Of a stretch of 64,000 bases of DNA, positions 11,617-22,284 are shown piece by piece; the first letter of the stretch is position 1; every line of letters begins with the position of its first letter. The translations under genes were made by a program, and so were the position numbers. This DNA is from Anthoceros angustus. Lineage: Eukaryota; Plantae; Anthocerotophyta. The notes below the pieces were generated by a model, which was given only the letters and a program-made list of their open reading frames with translations, was not told the origin of the DNA and made no database searches. The stretch lies in the NCBI GenBank assembly GCA_010909165.1, contig VJWM01000025.1, positions 558,001 through 622,000 of the forward strand, given 5' to 3'.

Positions 11617-14600
11617 TTGGGTGGTGGGGCGTTTCTGCTGAATGCGTGACACCCTTATCTCGCCCTGATGCAGCTGAAGTCATCCTAGCTGTAGTTAGCT
11701 TTGCGCCGACATCTTCCAATATCTCATACAAAATGGCTGTTTGTTGGTGTTTGCAGTCATCCGCCAAAATACGTGCACCTGCTTGTCATGCTCGATCCAG
11801 CTCTGGCCAGGCTTCTTCCAGGAAACTGCCCTTTGCCTCAACTCATCCACCTTTCTCGCACAATCCAACATGCCAGCATCTAGATAAATGTTTGACATGA
11901 GGACATAGGCTGCTGCGTGTTCTGGATCTTCACCTACTGCTTCAGCGAAGGCCCGCTCTCCCAGTGAAACATTACCATGTTTTCGGCAGGCGCACAGCAG
12001 GCACAACCAGACTGGCAAACCAGGCTGAATTGGCATCTGGGAGAGCAGCATTTCAGCTTTACTGAAGAGACCTGCTCGACTGACGAGGTCCATTACACAA
12101 GCGTAATGTTCCGTGTCTGCAGAGATCCTGTATTCCCTGGTCATGGCTCCGAAGTACTCCAGTCCCCTATCGACTAGTCCAGCATGGCTGCAAGCAGACA
12201 GGAGGCCCAGGAAGGTGACTCTATCTGGTTTCAAGCCAGATTGTAACATGTGGCCATAGCACTGGATGCTCGTGTTGCAATCGCCCAGCCGGGCATAGCC
12301 TGCAAGAAGGGCATTCCATGAGATGACGTCGGGGCAAGATAGGGAGTCAAAGACACGTTGGGCATCCACCATGCTCCCACACTTGCTGTACGCATGAATG
12401 AGGCTGGTGGCAACAGGAAGACGGTACTCCAATCCATTGTCGAGAACGGCCTGGTGGGTCTGGACGCAGATGTCAAATGCCCTGTGCTGCTGCACGCTTG
12501 GAGGACTGACACAAAAGTAGCTTCCTGTGGCTTCATTCCTCTGCTTGCATCTGGGCATACAGTTGCAAAGCCTTTCCTCCTTGCTCCTGGGCATACGCTG
12601 CAATCATGACAGTCCACGACACAAGATCACGCTGAGACATCCTGTCAAACACCTGCTCTGCGTCTGTGATGCTCCCACACTTGGCATACATGTACACCAG
12701 AGTGCTGGCGACAAACATGTCTAAATCCAAATCCAGTCTTGCAGCTTCAGCGTGTATGTCTCTTCCCAGTTCAAGGTAATCCAGCTTCACACTCTGCCCA
12801 TCCTCAGATGACACCTTCTCCTTTCTGCAGCGACTCCACAAGCATGGAGAGCACTGGCCAAGGTTCGCGCATCCGGCTTCACGCCCTCCTTCTGCATCTG
12901 TTTAAACACCTGGAAGGCCTTTCCTCCTGCGCCCTGCACAGCATACGCTGCGATCATGGCAGTCCATGACACCACACCTCGCCTGGGCAATCGGTTGAAG
13001 ACAAGTTCTGTGTCCTGAATGCTCCCACACTTTGCATACATACTAAGCAAAGTGTTGCAAACATAGATGTCAGAATCAAACCCCATTCTGTAGCTCCTGC
13101 ATGCAATTCCCTTCCTCTCGCAGGGATGCCACTTTGACATCTTGCCCATGCACCAAGGTGCTTTTCTCTTTGCTGCAAGGCAGCCGCATGCATGAAGCGC
13201 ACTTACAATGTCTGCGCATCGGGCCTGCAGCCCTCCCTTTGCATCTGTCTGTAGACCTGCAAAGCTTTGTCTCCTTGGTCCTCCTCGGCATATCCTCCTA
13301 TCATGGCATTCCATGCCACCACATCACGCTTGTGCAAACTTTTAAACACCTCCTCAGCATCGTTGATGCTCCCGCACTTTGCATACATACTAACCAGAAT
13401 GCTACCAACAAACATGTTGGATTCAAAACCCCTTCCCGAACTCCAGCATGGATTTCCTTCCCCTTCTGCAAGGACTGTACTTTTACATTGCGGCTGTTCA
13501 GAGCTGCACTCCTCCTTTTCTGCAATGCTGCCACACGCTCGGAGGGCACTTACAAATGTTCGAGCATTTGGACTTATCCCCGTCTCTCGCATCTGCCGAA
13601 AGATCTGCAAAGCTCTTTCCCTCTGCTCTGTCGAGCATATGAAGACAGCATTGCATTCCATGAAACTACATTGCACTGAGCAAGTCCATCAAATGCTTCC
13701 TCCGCATCAGCAAAGCTCCCACACTTTGCATACATACTCACCAGTGTGTTGCCAAGAAACTTGTCGGACACAAACCCTCTTCTGACAGCTTCAGCATGTA
13801 ACTTTCTTCCCACTTTCAAGGCTTCCAGCTTCACTTTCTCCCCATCCACAAACGTGATTTCCTCCTTTTCTGCCATGCTGCCACATGCTTGAAGGGCACT
13901 GACAAACGTCCGTGCATCCGGCTTCACTCCAGCCTGATGCATCTCACGAAATGCCCTCATTGCCATTTCCCCATGTCCCTGCTGTGAGTATCCGGCAAGC
14001 ATCACATTCCATGCCACCACGTCTCGCTGGGACAAGCCATCAAACACCTGCCGGGCATCCACTATGCTCCCACACTTGGCGTACATGTCAACCAAACTAA
14101 TCCCAACAATCCCATCCGAGTCCAGCCCACATGCCACAACTTGAGCATGAATCCGCCTACCCTCCTCCAGGTCTTCCAATCTGCTGCATGCCTTGAGTAA
14201 GCTGACAGCCCTGCCGTCTTCTTGCATACCCCTGTAGGGTTGAAGAGCCTCCTGGCCCATGCCCTGCTGGGAATACCCCTGCTATCATGGCATTCCATGT
14301 CACCACAACCTTCCGACCAAACCCATTGAACACTCTCTGGGCATCCTCTAAGCTGCCACACTTCGTATACTGACCAAACTGTTGGCTACGAATGACAGCA
14401 GATTCATATCCTCGTTCCCTAAGTTGTGCATGAAGATGCTTCCCTACTCCAACGCCAGGGTGCTTACACTTGCACACGCCTGCAGGAGACACAAAAGTCA
14501 CAGAACCAGGTGCTACGATGCCTTCATACTGCATAGCACTGTGGAGACGAAGGGCCTCATCCCCATGCCCCGTTGGGAATACCCTCCTATCATGGCATTC

Positions 14601-15062
14601 CAGGTTACTATATCTTTGTGACCAATTCCTTCAAAAACTCTCTGCGCATTCTCCAGCTGCCACATGTCCACCAAGCCTGCTTGTCTTCTCCATGTTTTAA
14701 CATGCGCAGAGATGATGGCAGCCCACGTGAAGGCATCTGGATTGGACACCAGCTCAAACCCATCCTCGCGTCTTGCAACCTGCCATGAGAAGCATACATC
14801 GCAGGATGTGGAAGCCCAGGAACGTGTTTGACTGGTACCCGTTTCTCACAGCGAAAGCATGGACCCGGCTACCCAGAACAAGATCCCTGTTTACCACACA
14901 TTTCTTCAGCACAGTATAAAGGAGAGATTTTGGAATACGACGGTCTGTCTGCACCATAGGTTCCAGAGACTCGACGGCCTGACTGAGATCAACATTATGA
15001 CATAGTTTGCTCACGGATTCAGCAGAAATGCCCCCATCGTCACGTGCAGGGCAACGACCCAT
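11572..15062 (-). pseudogene. PLS-class pentatricopeptide repeat protein with E/E+ domain (organellar RNA-editing-factor type), copy 1, frameshifted
   Basis: Repeated S/P/L motifs (TLVSMYAKCGS..DA..VFD, DVVSWNAM, TFVSALQACG); terminal P2-L2-S2 (TFLGLLSACSHAGLVDRGLEYF, TEHYACVMDL), E1/E2 (PVWLCLLSACRKHG, AAYVLMSNIY, KKPGQSWIE) and E+ (LADDCKHQQTAILYEILE). Intronless. An upstream transit-peptide region may extend to ~15400. Confidence 0.9.
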
Positions 15063-15937
15063 TCCTGCTTGCGCGCATCAGCCCAAGCTGGCTGGTGCAA
15101 ACTGCTTAACCAGAGGACATCTTGTCACTGCCTATTCCAGCCGGAACATCCACCTGGACGGGCTGGCTCCCTTACAGAGGTGCTGCAACCACCGAGTCCC
15201 ACTGCCAGCACTTGTCTCCTTGAAGTCAGGCCAGCAGCAGATCTTCCTACAGCCCCTCAACCCACAACTTCGTTGGGTGCACATAAGCTGTGGCAACAAC
15301 GGGTCCCTTGCCCTCTGCGTGACTCCAACGCCACGCTCCGGACAACCATGGTTCACAGGAGCACAGGGTGCGCCTGTGGAAGCAGCAGGAGGCTGCAAGG
15401 AGTTGTGCATCCTTGCTTGCTTCACAGGATTTCGGTTGCTGGCAATATTTCAGAATCCGGGAGTTTTCCTTGTTTTCTCACCTACAAGATGGCCTATACC
15501 AGACAGGCCCCATTACGGAGAAGGCACATCAGACATGATCTCTTGCCATGCTCCATTCGCATTGGCAGTGCACTGGAAACACAAGTCCTCCATAACACTC
15601 CCTGTCCGAGCATCTTCTGCAAACTTGGCAGAGAATGATGGTGAAAAAGGATCACATTATGGGTAATGGAAGGCTATTTTTCTACCGGAGTTCAGACTCC
15701 TCGAAGGGCAAGCCCCAAAGGGATGGTGCTTCAATACACACCTAACGTGGTCAGAGAGATGGTGTGAAGCTGCACCGTTGTTACCGTGGAATCCATGACA
15801 ATGAAACTACATGTCCAAGCTACAGCAACAGTGTCCCGATGCTAAAGCACAAGCCAAACATGTAGAATATTCGCTAGTGCAATCCCTCCAGGGATAATCT
15901 CTGAGAACAAAGGGAAGAACAGAAGGGGTTCATCTCA

Positions 15938-16931
15938 TCAGTACATGGGCTCCTCAGGATCCATCACACACCCAGGGTCAGGGTCCACCACACATCCAGG
16001 GTTAGCCTCCGAGTTCTTAAGAGTTTCATCCACCTTGCTTTCTTCTTCTGGAAAAGCAACGCTAGCTCGAAGACCTTTTGTTCGTGATACGCCCTCTTCC
16101 AGATCTCTGCCATTTCAGTCCAGTACTTGTGGCGAGCCTTGGCGCGATGCATCCGAGCTAGATACTTGGCCGTCAAACCCGCAGTGGAAACTCTGCCTCC
16201 AAGTCCGCCAAGATTTGCTGCAAGGCGGCCATGGGGTCACCGGACCACTTGAGGGGACATGGGGACACCAGAGCACTTGAGGGGCCATTTGGTGGTAACA
16301 AGCTGTGGGACCCAAAGGCCAGGAACTACGATTCACAAGGCCATCGAATTTGTGGTAGACAAGCGTCCACCAAGCATGTCCCCACTCAAGATTGAACCTG
16401 GTGTGCGCATGCACGATTGCAGATGCTACCAGAGGACTAGTCCACCATATAAAGGGGTCTCTGTGCAGGAATTGAAGATGACCAAATGGTCACCTCCAAC
16501 ACAAAGGGTCACTGAGTCACGTTCAGTGGGAGGAAGGGCCCTGCCGTCAATGATCATCCACTGGTCGATCAACCTTAACGCTGAGCACTGTGAGATATTG
16601 TGCAGTGTAGTTTGTGCAGGAGCACCCGGTGTACGTGCAAGCAAGCTTAGCGTCTCCTTCCGCACAAAGTCGCGACCTGAATGAGCCCCTGAGCTGGGGC
16701 CTTGCACCTCACAATTACGCAGAACACACGCATGAGGCCGATCGAGGCCACTATATCCTCAACATGGCCATGATTTTCTCCATACGTTTCTGCCGCCCAC
16801 CTCACTTCTGAGCAGGAGGGAAAAGAAGATTTTGAACCTCTAACACGACCTCGAATAGATGTACATAGGTGCAGATCACAAGCTTGCGCACAGGCTAATT
16901 CCGCCGTTGTGATCCGGAAGGAAAGGGTCAT
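15938..16931 (-). CDS. Unassigned putative coding region between PPR and F-box (also ~26649-27640, ~37352-38350, ~48057-48890)
   Basis: Protein-like fragments RKLVLCTYVHLFEVVLEVQNLL..., LRLIDQWMIIDGRALPP..., FNLEWGHAWWTLVYHKF..., TAKYLARMHRAKARHKYWTEMAEIWKRAYHEQK...PMY*. No family recognised. Confidence 0.3.
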
Positions 16932-17067
16932 ACATCTGATGCCAAAGATTAAAAAAGTCTGCAAGCTTCCGTCCAAAATTTATGGCCAGCCTAGCGCTCA
17001 CTATGCATGTGGTCTACGGAAGAAAGCTCGCGAACTGTGTACTGATACGTGACTTCCTAAACTAGCC

Positions 17068-18318
17068 TTAATTCCAGCTGCCGAACTCCAGCCACGGATT
17101 CAGGCAGTGAAGGCTCTGCGTCACAAAACGCTTGTAGGGCCAGGAGGAAGCCACCTCCAAGCCCCGGGTGTTCGTCGCAAATCGACAGCCATTATCTTAT
17201 CGAGCCCCTCTCGCTTGATGTATACTTGCGAATCCTGCCCCCACGACCTTGATATCGATGTCCAGGTGGCTCGGGAAACGTCTGCCATGGAAACGAGGAA
17301 GCATGGAAGCGGGCATGGTGTCCAGCACCGTCCAGGCCATGCTCGCGAAATCCATCTCCCAGATCTGCACAACAACTCCTTCCCCAGGACTACGCATAAG
17401 AACCGGGCCGTGGAAGATGTCCTCACCTAGGACCACGCATAGCAGCCGGTCGCGCACGTTGATGAGGTTGCACTGCGCGATGTGGAAACGGAGAGGCGTG
17501 GACACGGCCATCCATTTCCAGCTGGCCCGCTCCAGGTCGTACGCCAGCAAATTGTAGTTGTCGGTGATGCAGTACAGCACGGACCTCACAACACCGTCTG
17601 CGCCTGCGATCCCTCACCACGCAGGCTTCTGTCAAACACCTCGTTCAGGGCAAGGCGGTGGTAGTCACACTCAGCTGCCCACCGCGGAATCGAACACGAA
17701 GGTGGGCACGGGTCTGCGCATGTCCATGTTATCCATCTTGTTGCGTGTATCTTTGATGGCCACCAGCTTGAAGCAACGCGCCTTCACGTCAACGAACACG
17801 CCCAACACATCCTGGATCCACAGACCACCCGGGAGAGCCGGCAGCGAGGCCCAAGAGCGCGCCAACGGGTTGCCCAAGTGCGGGATGGTGACCACGTCCC
17901 GCGCCCCTGCGTACGCGCGCACCTTATTGTGGACAGCAGCAGGCCGCCGCCCGCCCTTCCCGACCCCGCAGCGCCTCCATCATTTCCGGAACAGGCTGTG
18001 AAGCGTCGTGGTGTTGCACCCGTAGCGGGAGTGGGAGTTGGTACCAACGGTTTGATCCAGGGTCGTAGACGCCGGAGGGAAGCAGGAGGAGGTGCTGAAG
18101 CCTACTACCAAGAGCAGAGAGTCCAGCGCTCCCGCTCGCAATTCCAAGCGCTCCCGCAACAAGGAGGGCGACACGGCGGCCGCGTTCCAGGCTCTGCACA
18201 CCGCGCGCGTCCGCAACAAGCTCACCAGTGGCAGCCGAGCCTGAATCATGGTCTCAACGTCTCTAGGCAGCTCCAAGTCGCTGGATACAACGAATTCGTC
18301 ATCTGCATCTGCATCCAT
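17068..18318 (-). CDS. F-box protein with kelch-like/F-box-associated C-terminal repeats, copy 1 (frameshifted in this sequence)
   Basis: F-box LPRDVETMIQARLPLVSLLRTRAVCRAWNAAAVSPSLL, then propeller-type repeats YDPGSNRWYQL, NPLARSWASLPALP, FVFDSAVGSWS, LLAYDLERASW, VQIWEMDFASMAWTVLDTMP. Intronless; stop position uncertain (17121 or 17068). Confidence 0.85.
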
Positions 18319-18433
18319 CTCGGCCCTCGCACTCCGCCGTCTGCAATCACCATCACCAGGGACCCTCGCTCAGCCTCCGGATCCGCCTGAGGACAACACA
18401 CATACGCAGACCAACCTCTTAGACACTACCTAT

Positions 18434-18666
18434 TGTGACAGGGTTCTAGGAGATAATACCCACATCACACGACAGTAATTCGATCACGGAATTGATATAT
18501 TGAATCACTATATATAGGCTCTGAATTTGCTATCATCTCGAGGACTATGCATTTAATCTCGATACATAGATCGATGGGCCGATCTATCCCTGCTTACAAA
18601 ATTCACACTCTTATCAATCCCATCCCTTGAGATGATTGAATACATGAGCTGATCATGCTTGTCACG
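18434..18666. repeat. LTR-like element, ~233 bp (also 29139-29371, 39846-40076, partial 50389-50552)
   Basis: Inverted termini TGTGACA...TGTCAC(G), internal TATATATA and an ATAGATCG-n6-CGATCTAT hairpin; adjacent to the gag remnant. No TSD or PPT found. Confidence 0.6.
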
Positions 18667-18726
18667 GCGTGTGGTTGGGCTGATAATGTAGTCCATTTGA
18701 TGGGTGCACCAGACTTCATGTGCAAA

Positions 18727-19892
18727 TTAGATCAGAACGACATGAGATGCAGATAGAGAAGGGTAACCTCGCGCAGAGACCACACACGAGGGAGGCCAGC
18801 ACGCCCAGGTGCCCTCCTCGCAGATGGAACGATTCAAAAGTTGTCGAAAGGTCATCTTCACGGGTCTGTCTGCGATATCTTCAACCAGGGAGTACTTCGG
18901 TGTGTCCTTGGCTATGGGCGACAGCACTGATCCCTTCTTCCTCCGGCACTTGGGCTTGCCTGCAGCAGTTGCTGGGTTTTCAGCCTCCTTCATGATGACC
19001 TCTGGTCCAATCACATCAACCTCGCGTCGTTGTACTTTTGTCTTTCTCCGAGTTTCTCCCCTTCATCGATGGGCTCTTCATCTCGGAGCTTCTTGTCTTC
19101 GTCCACCACAGTTAGAATCCGTGTCCCTGGCATGCAGTCAGAGAACACTCCTTACCGTTTCATCCCCAGATGATTTCTGTGCCATCGTAACAAGCTGTTG
19201 GTTGTTCTTGGCAGGTCCTGCATTGGGCTTCTTAGTGTTTTTATTTCCGGTGCCCTGCTGAGGAAACTTTGGGCTTGATCAGTACAAGTGCGTGTGTCCG
19301 GTTTCCTTGCACTTGGTGCAGGCGCCCTTCACGCAATAGCATGAAGGAGTGGATGCCCTTGGTGCAAGTAGCTTAGGCACATCATGGTACAAGTTGTTAA
19401 GTACCAAGTCCCATGACGGAAATCCGTCCTTAGTCGACTTAAATAAAATTCTTCTTCTTCTTCTTCTTAGCCCTTGGATAAAATGCAAGACTACTTTCTT
19501 TTGTTTCTCCCCTCATACCCCAACTTCTCATTTAGGACGCTCGTGCGGTCGATGTAGCTGACTAGAGTCTCATGGTCATCTTAATACAGGTCCAGGAGTT
19601 GGTTGTGACAGTCCCAGAAAAGGTTGGACTCCAGAACTTCACCACAAATGCACAACATATTCCTGACCAGTCAACCTGGTTAGAACCCTTCAACTTCTCG
19701 CACCATGCCTCAGCCCTTTCCTCTCAAGGAAGTGGGAAAGTACTTGAGGTACGTCTTCAGAGCTACCATGATCCTGACCTTCATAGCATTTTTGAAGCTC
19801 AACAGATGTTCATCAGGATCATCAGCAGGAGTTCCAAAGAAAGCAGGAAAAGCAAGGAGCTCAAAGCACTTTTTATCTGATGACCTCGACAT
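18727..19892 (-). mobile_element. gag: Ty3/gypsy gag remnant, copy 1
   Basis: Retrotrans_gag-like FPAFFGTPADDPDEHLLSF...YFPTSLRGK(A)EAWCEKL; zinc knuckle C-TK-C-KETG-H-THLY-stop; pre-protease-like YSLVEDIADRPVKMTFRQLL; no pol. Confidence 0.75.
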
Positions 19893-20015
19893 CCTATCTT
19901 TTCTAAGACTTGTCTAACTATACTCTCTATCTATTGGTGAGACCGTCTACCTTTGCCCACGAGCTCTGCGTACATTAGCCTGGTGGAGAGTCAACCACAG
20001 CGCTTGGTAAGCCAG

Positions 20016-20055
20016 GGGCATATGCTCAAAGCCAAGGGCATATGCTCAAAGCCAA
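20016..20055. repeat. 20-21 bp tandem duplication gggcatatgctcaaagccaa (units 1-3)
   Basis: Read directly. Confidence 0.9.
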
Positions 20056-22284
20056 AAGGTACGAGAAGCACTTGTTGTGGCACTGGTTTCTGCACAGGCC
20101 TGATACGGATTGGCTGATGTTTCCTAGCTCATCCAGACCGCTTTGACTCGTGTCTCATTCTCACAAAATCATAATACCACGGGTGATGCAGGATGAACCC
20201 CTCCGGGAGTTGGGGAGGGTACGTACATTGCTTCACGTCCCAAGCCTCAGCAACGAGTCCCACCGGGAGTGCCAAGCTGTTGGATGTCGGGTAGGACTTG
20301 TAGGCCAGCCTGCTCTCGGGCTGCCTAGCAGAAGTTATCGTTGTGGACCTAGCATTCGCGATGACACTGCGGCTAGGACCTACGCTCTTCCTCAAGATTG
20401 CTGGGACGACTTGAAACTCTACACTCCTGCACTCAAGATGACATGTAGGAGTGGTCAATACTGTAAATGACGGATGGAATGTTGATAGATAGGGCAAGGA
20501 AAGGAGGGCCTGTGCCCCGCTGCTTGACCTTCAGCAAGTGTGATCTGCAGGCTGGTGGTGAAGACAAATACACAAAACCGACGTTAGCACAACTAAAACG
20601 AGGATTCCACAGCTGCAACGCATACTCAGTGCAACACTCAAACACAGGATGCCTTGCCTCGCAGGACTGACAAGAAGAGAGACAGGCCAGCAATTGCCTT
20701 CTGCTTTAGTCATGGCCAAACGGCCTACATATTTATTTGGTGGCCTTGCTACCAAGATCCAAGCCTACAGCTAGGCTGGTAATCGCAACCTCCACACAAA
20801 GTTGGACTGACCCCTATCGCTTCCGACTCTCATGGCCAACCCCTATGTTTGGAGAGGGTTTCAGGTTGGGTGGGCAGGCAGGGCGTGAGTAGCTTCACGC
20901 GGTTGCTCCTACAGTTACGATGAATTATTTCAGTTGATACATGGTGCTCACCCTGCTAGGGGATCTTTGTCTTTTGGAGACAGTGACGGTTCATGCAAGC
21001 AGAGAGGGTTTGAAGACATCTGATCTCCCCGCATAAACTTAAGACTTGTCTTGGTCAATACTTGAGTCAGCACTTGGGAGAAGATTTCATGCATTTGGAT
21101 GGCCAGGAGCCTTTCAAAGACTCACAGGAGTCCGCTTGTGCAGTCCTGCATTTGATCAGCGGTGCCCTGAATCGGATATCAGCTGCAATTGCATCTCGGC
21201 AGTCTTTCAGCTCTGGCTTCAATGTCTGAAAGTGGATTCTGTTGTAGGACAAGAATGTAATGTGGGCATGTGGGAAGAATCCAAATCAGTTCAAGGAAAC
21301 AATCCAGTGCACTTTGAATGTCGCCGCCAAATCATGTCCCTCTCCCGATATCCGTTTACTCAGATTTGAATCTCCCACTACATTTTGCACCGGCAGCAAG
21401 AACAATACGGTGGCTCCCGATTTGCGGTTGTGAGAGCTGATGAGCAGTTTGTTTGCGCCCATCAGCCAGTCGCTGTTTATGTATGGAGATCATCGGACTG
21501 CGATGGCTGCTCACCCATATCAACCACAGTCCACACCGAAACTACGGGAAGCGACGCCATTGGCATCAGTGTTCCCTAAGGCATCTACTCTGAAGATTTT
21601 CATGAAGCTGAAGCACGGACGAAATCATAGCACTTCAAAACCAGGACAATGTGGCATATGTGGCTTGATCATACCCTCTTCCGCCATGGAATTTCCTGGT
21701 TCTGGAATTGTGAGCTGTCAATCTTTGACGTCTGATGTTTTCGCTTTGCGCAGCACACATTTAAATAAGGAGGGAACTTTGGAACGCAGCAGTTTGGGTA
21801 GCGGCGAGGAGGCACCTTCCAAGCAGTCAAAAGAGAGCGAGGGGTGGGAAATTGTTTTGTTCAGGCTTGCATTGCAATGGGCACGCAGATTTGTTCTCCC
21901 ATGATTCTATCACGGCACCTCTCCAGACACAGACAAGGAAAGGCAGTTGCCCATCACTACGTCATCCAGATCCCTTCGTCAGCGAGTGCAGCGCGCAGGC
22001 CTTCAGAAGACAAGCAAAGAGAACATGGTCAGCCAGAGTCAGCTCCTCCAGACAGGCGTCATGCTTGTCTTCTAATAAAGGTGATAGCGGTAATACGAAT
22101 TCCCAAACCCCGGTGACGTAGTTTCGCTCTGAAGTGCCGCTGATCGAGAGCAGGACGGCCATCAGCGCACGGCAGGTGGGACTTCTTAGCTCTTAGAGTA
22201 GCTCAGACTCTTGACAATTTTTTGCAAGATCCTCGAGGATGGAGTTGGTTTGGAAGTTTGCGGAAACCTCCATGGAACCTGCTG

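Larger units (their letters stand above)
11024..21736. repeat. Array unit 1 (complete)
   Basis: Colinear with units 2 and 3 over its full length. Confidence 0.95.

Noticed and set aside
11024-11690. DYW deaminase domain downstream of the PPR E+ region
   Set aside because: No HSE, CxxCH or DYW-like motif in any frame of any copy.
11977-15666. Many plus-strand ORFs of 60-220 aa overlapping the PPR (repeated in each unit)
   Set aside because: Antisense shadows of the PPR coding strand, with no independent motifs.
19449-19468. (TTC)n microsatellite
   Set aside because: Short, same length in the units compared, and inside the gag relic; unremarkable.
20433-20693. CQSCEARHPVFECCTEYALQLW resembling a LINE zf-RVT motif
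   Set aside because: Weak resemblance only; no RT or endonuclease motifs nearby and no poly(A) tail.
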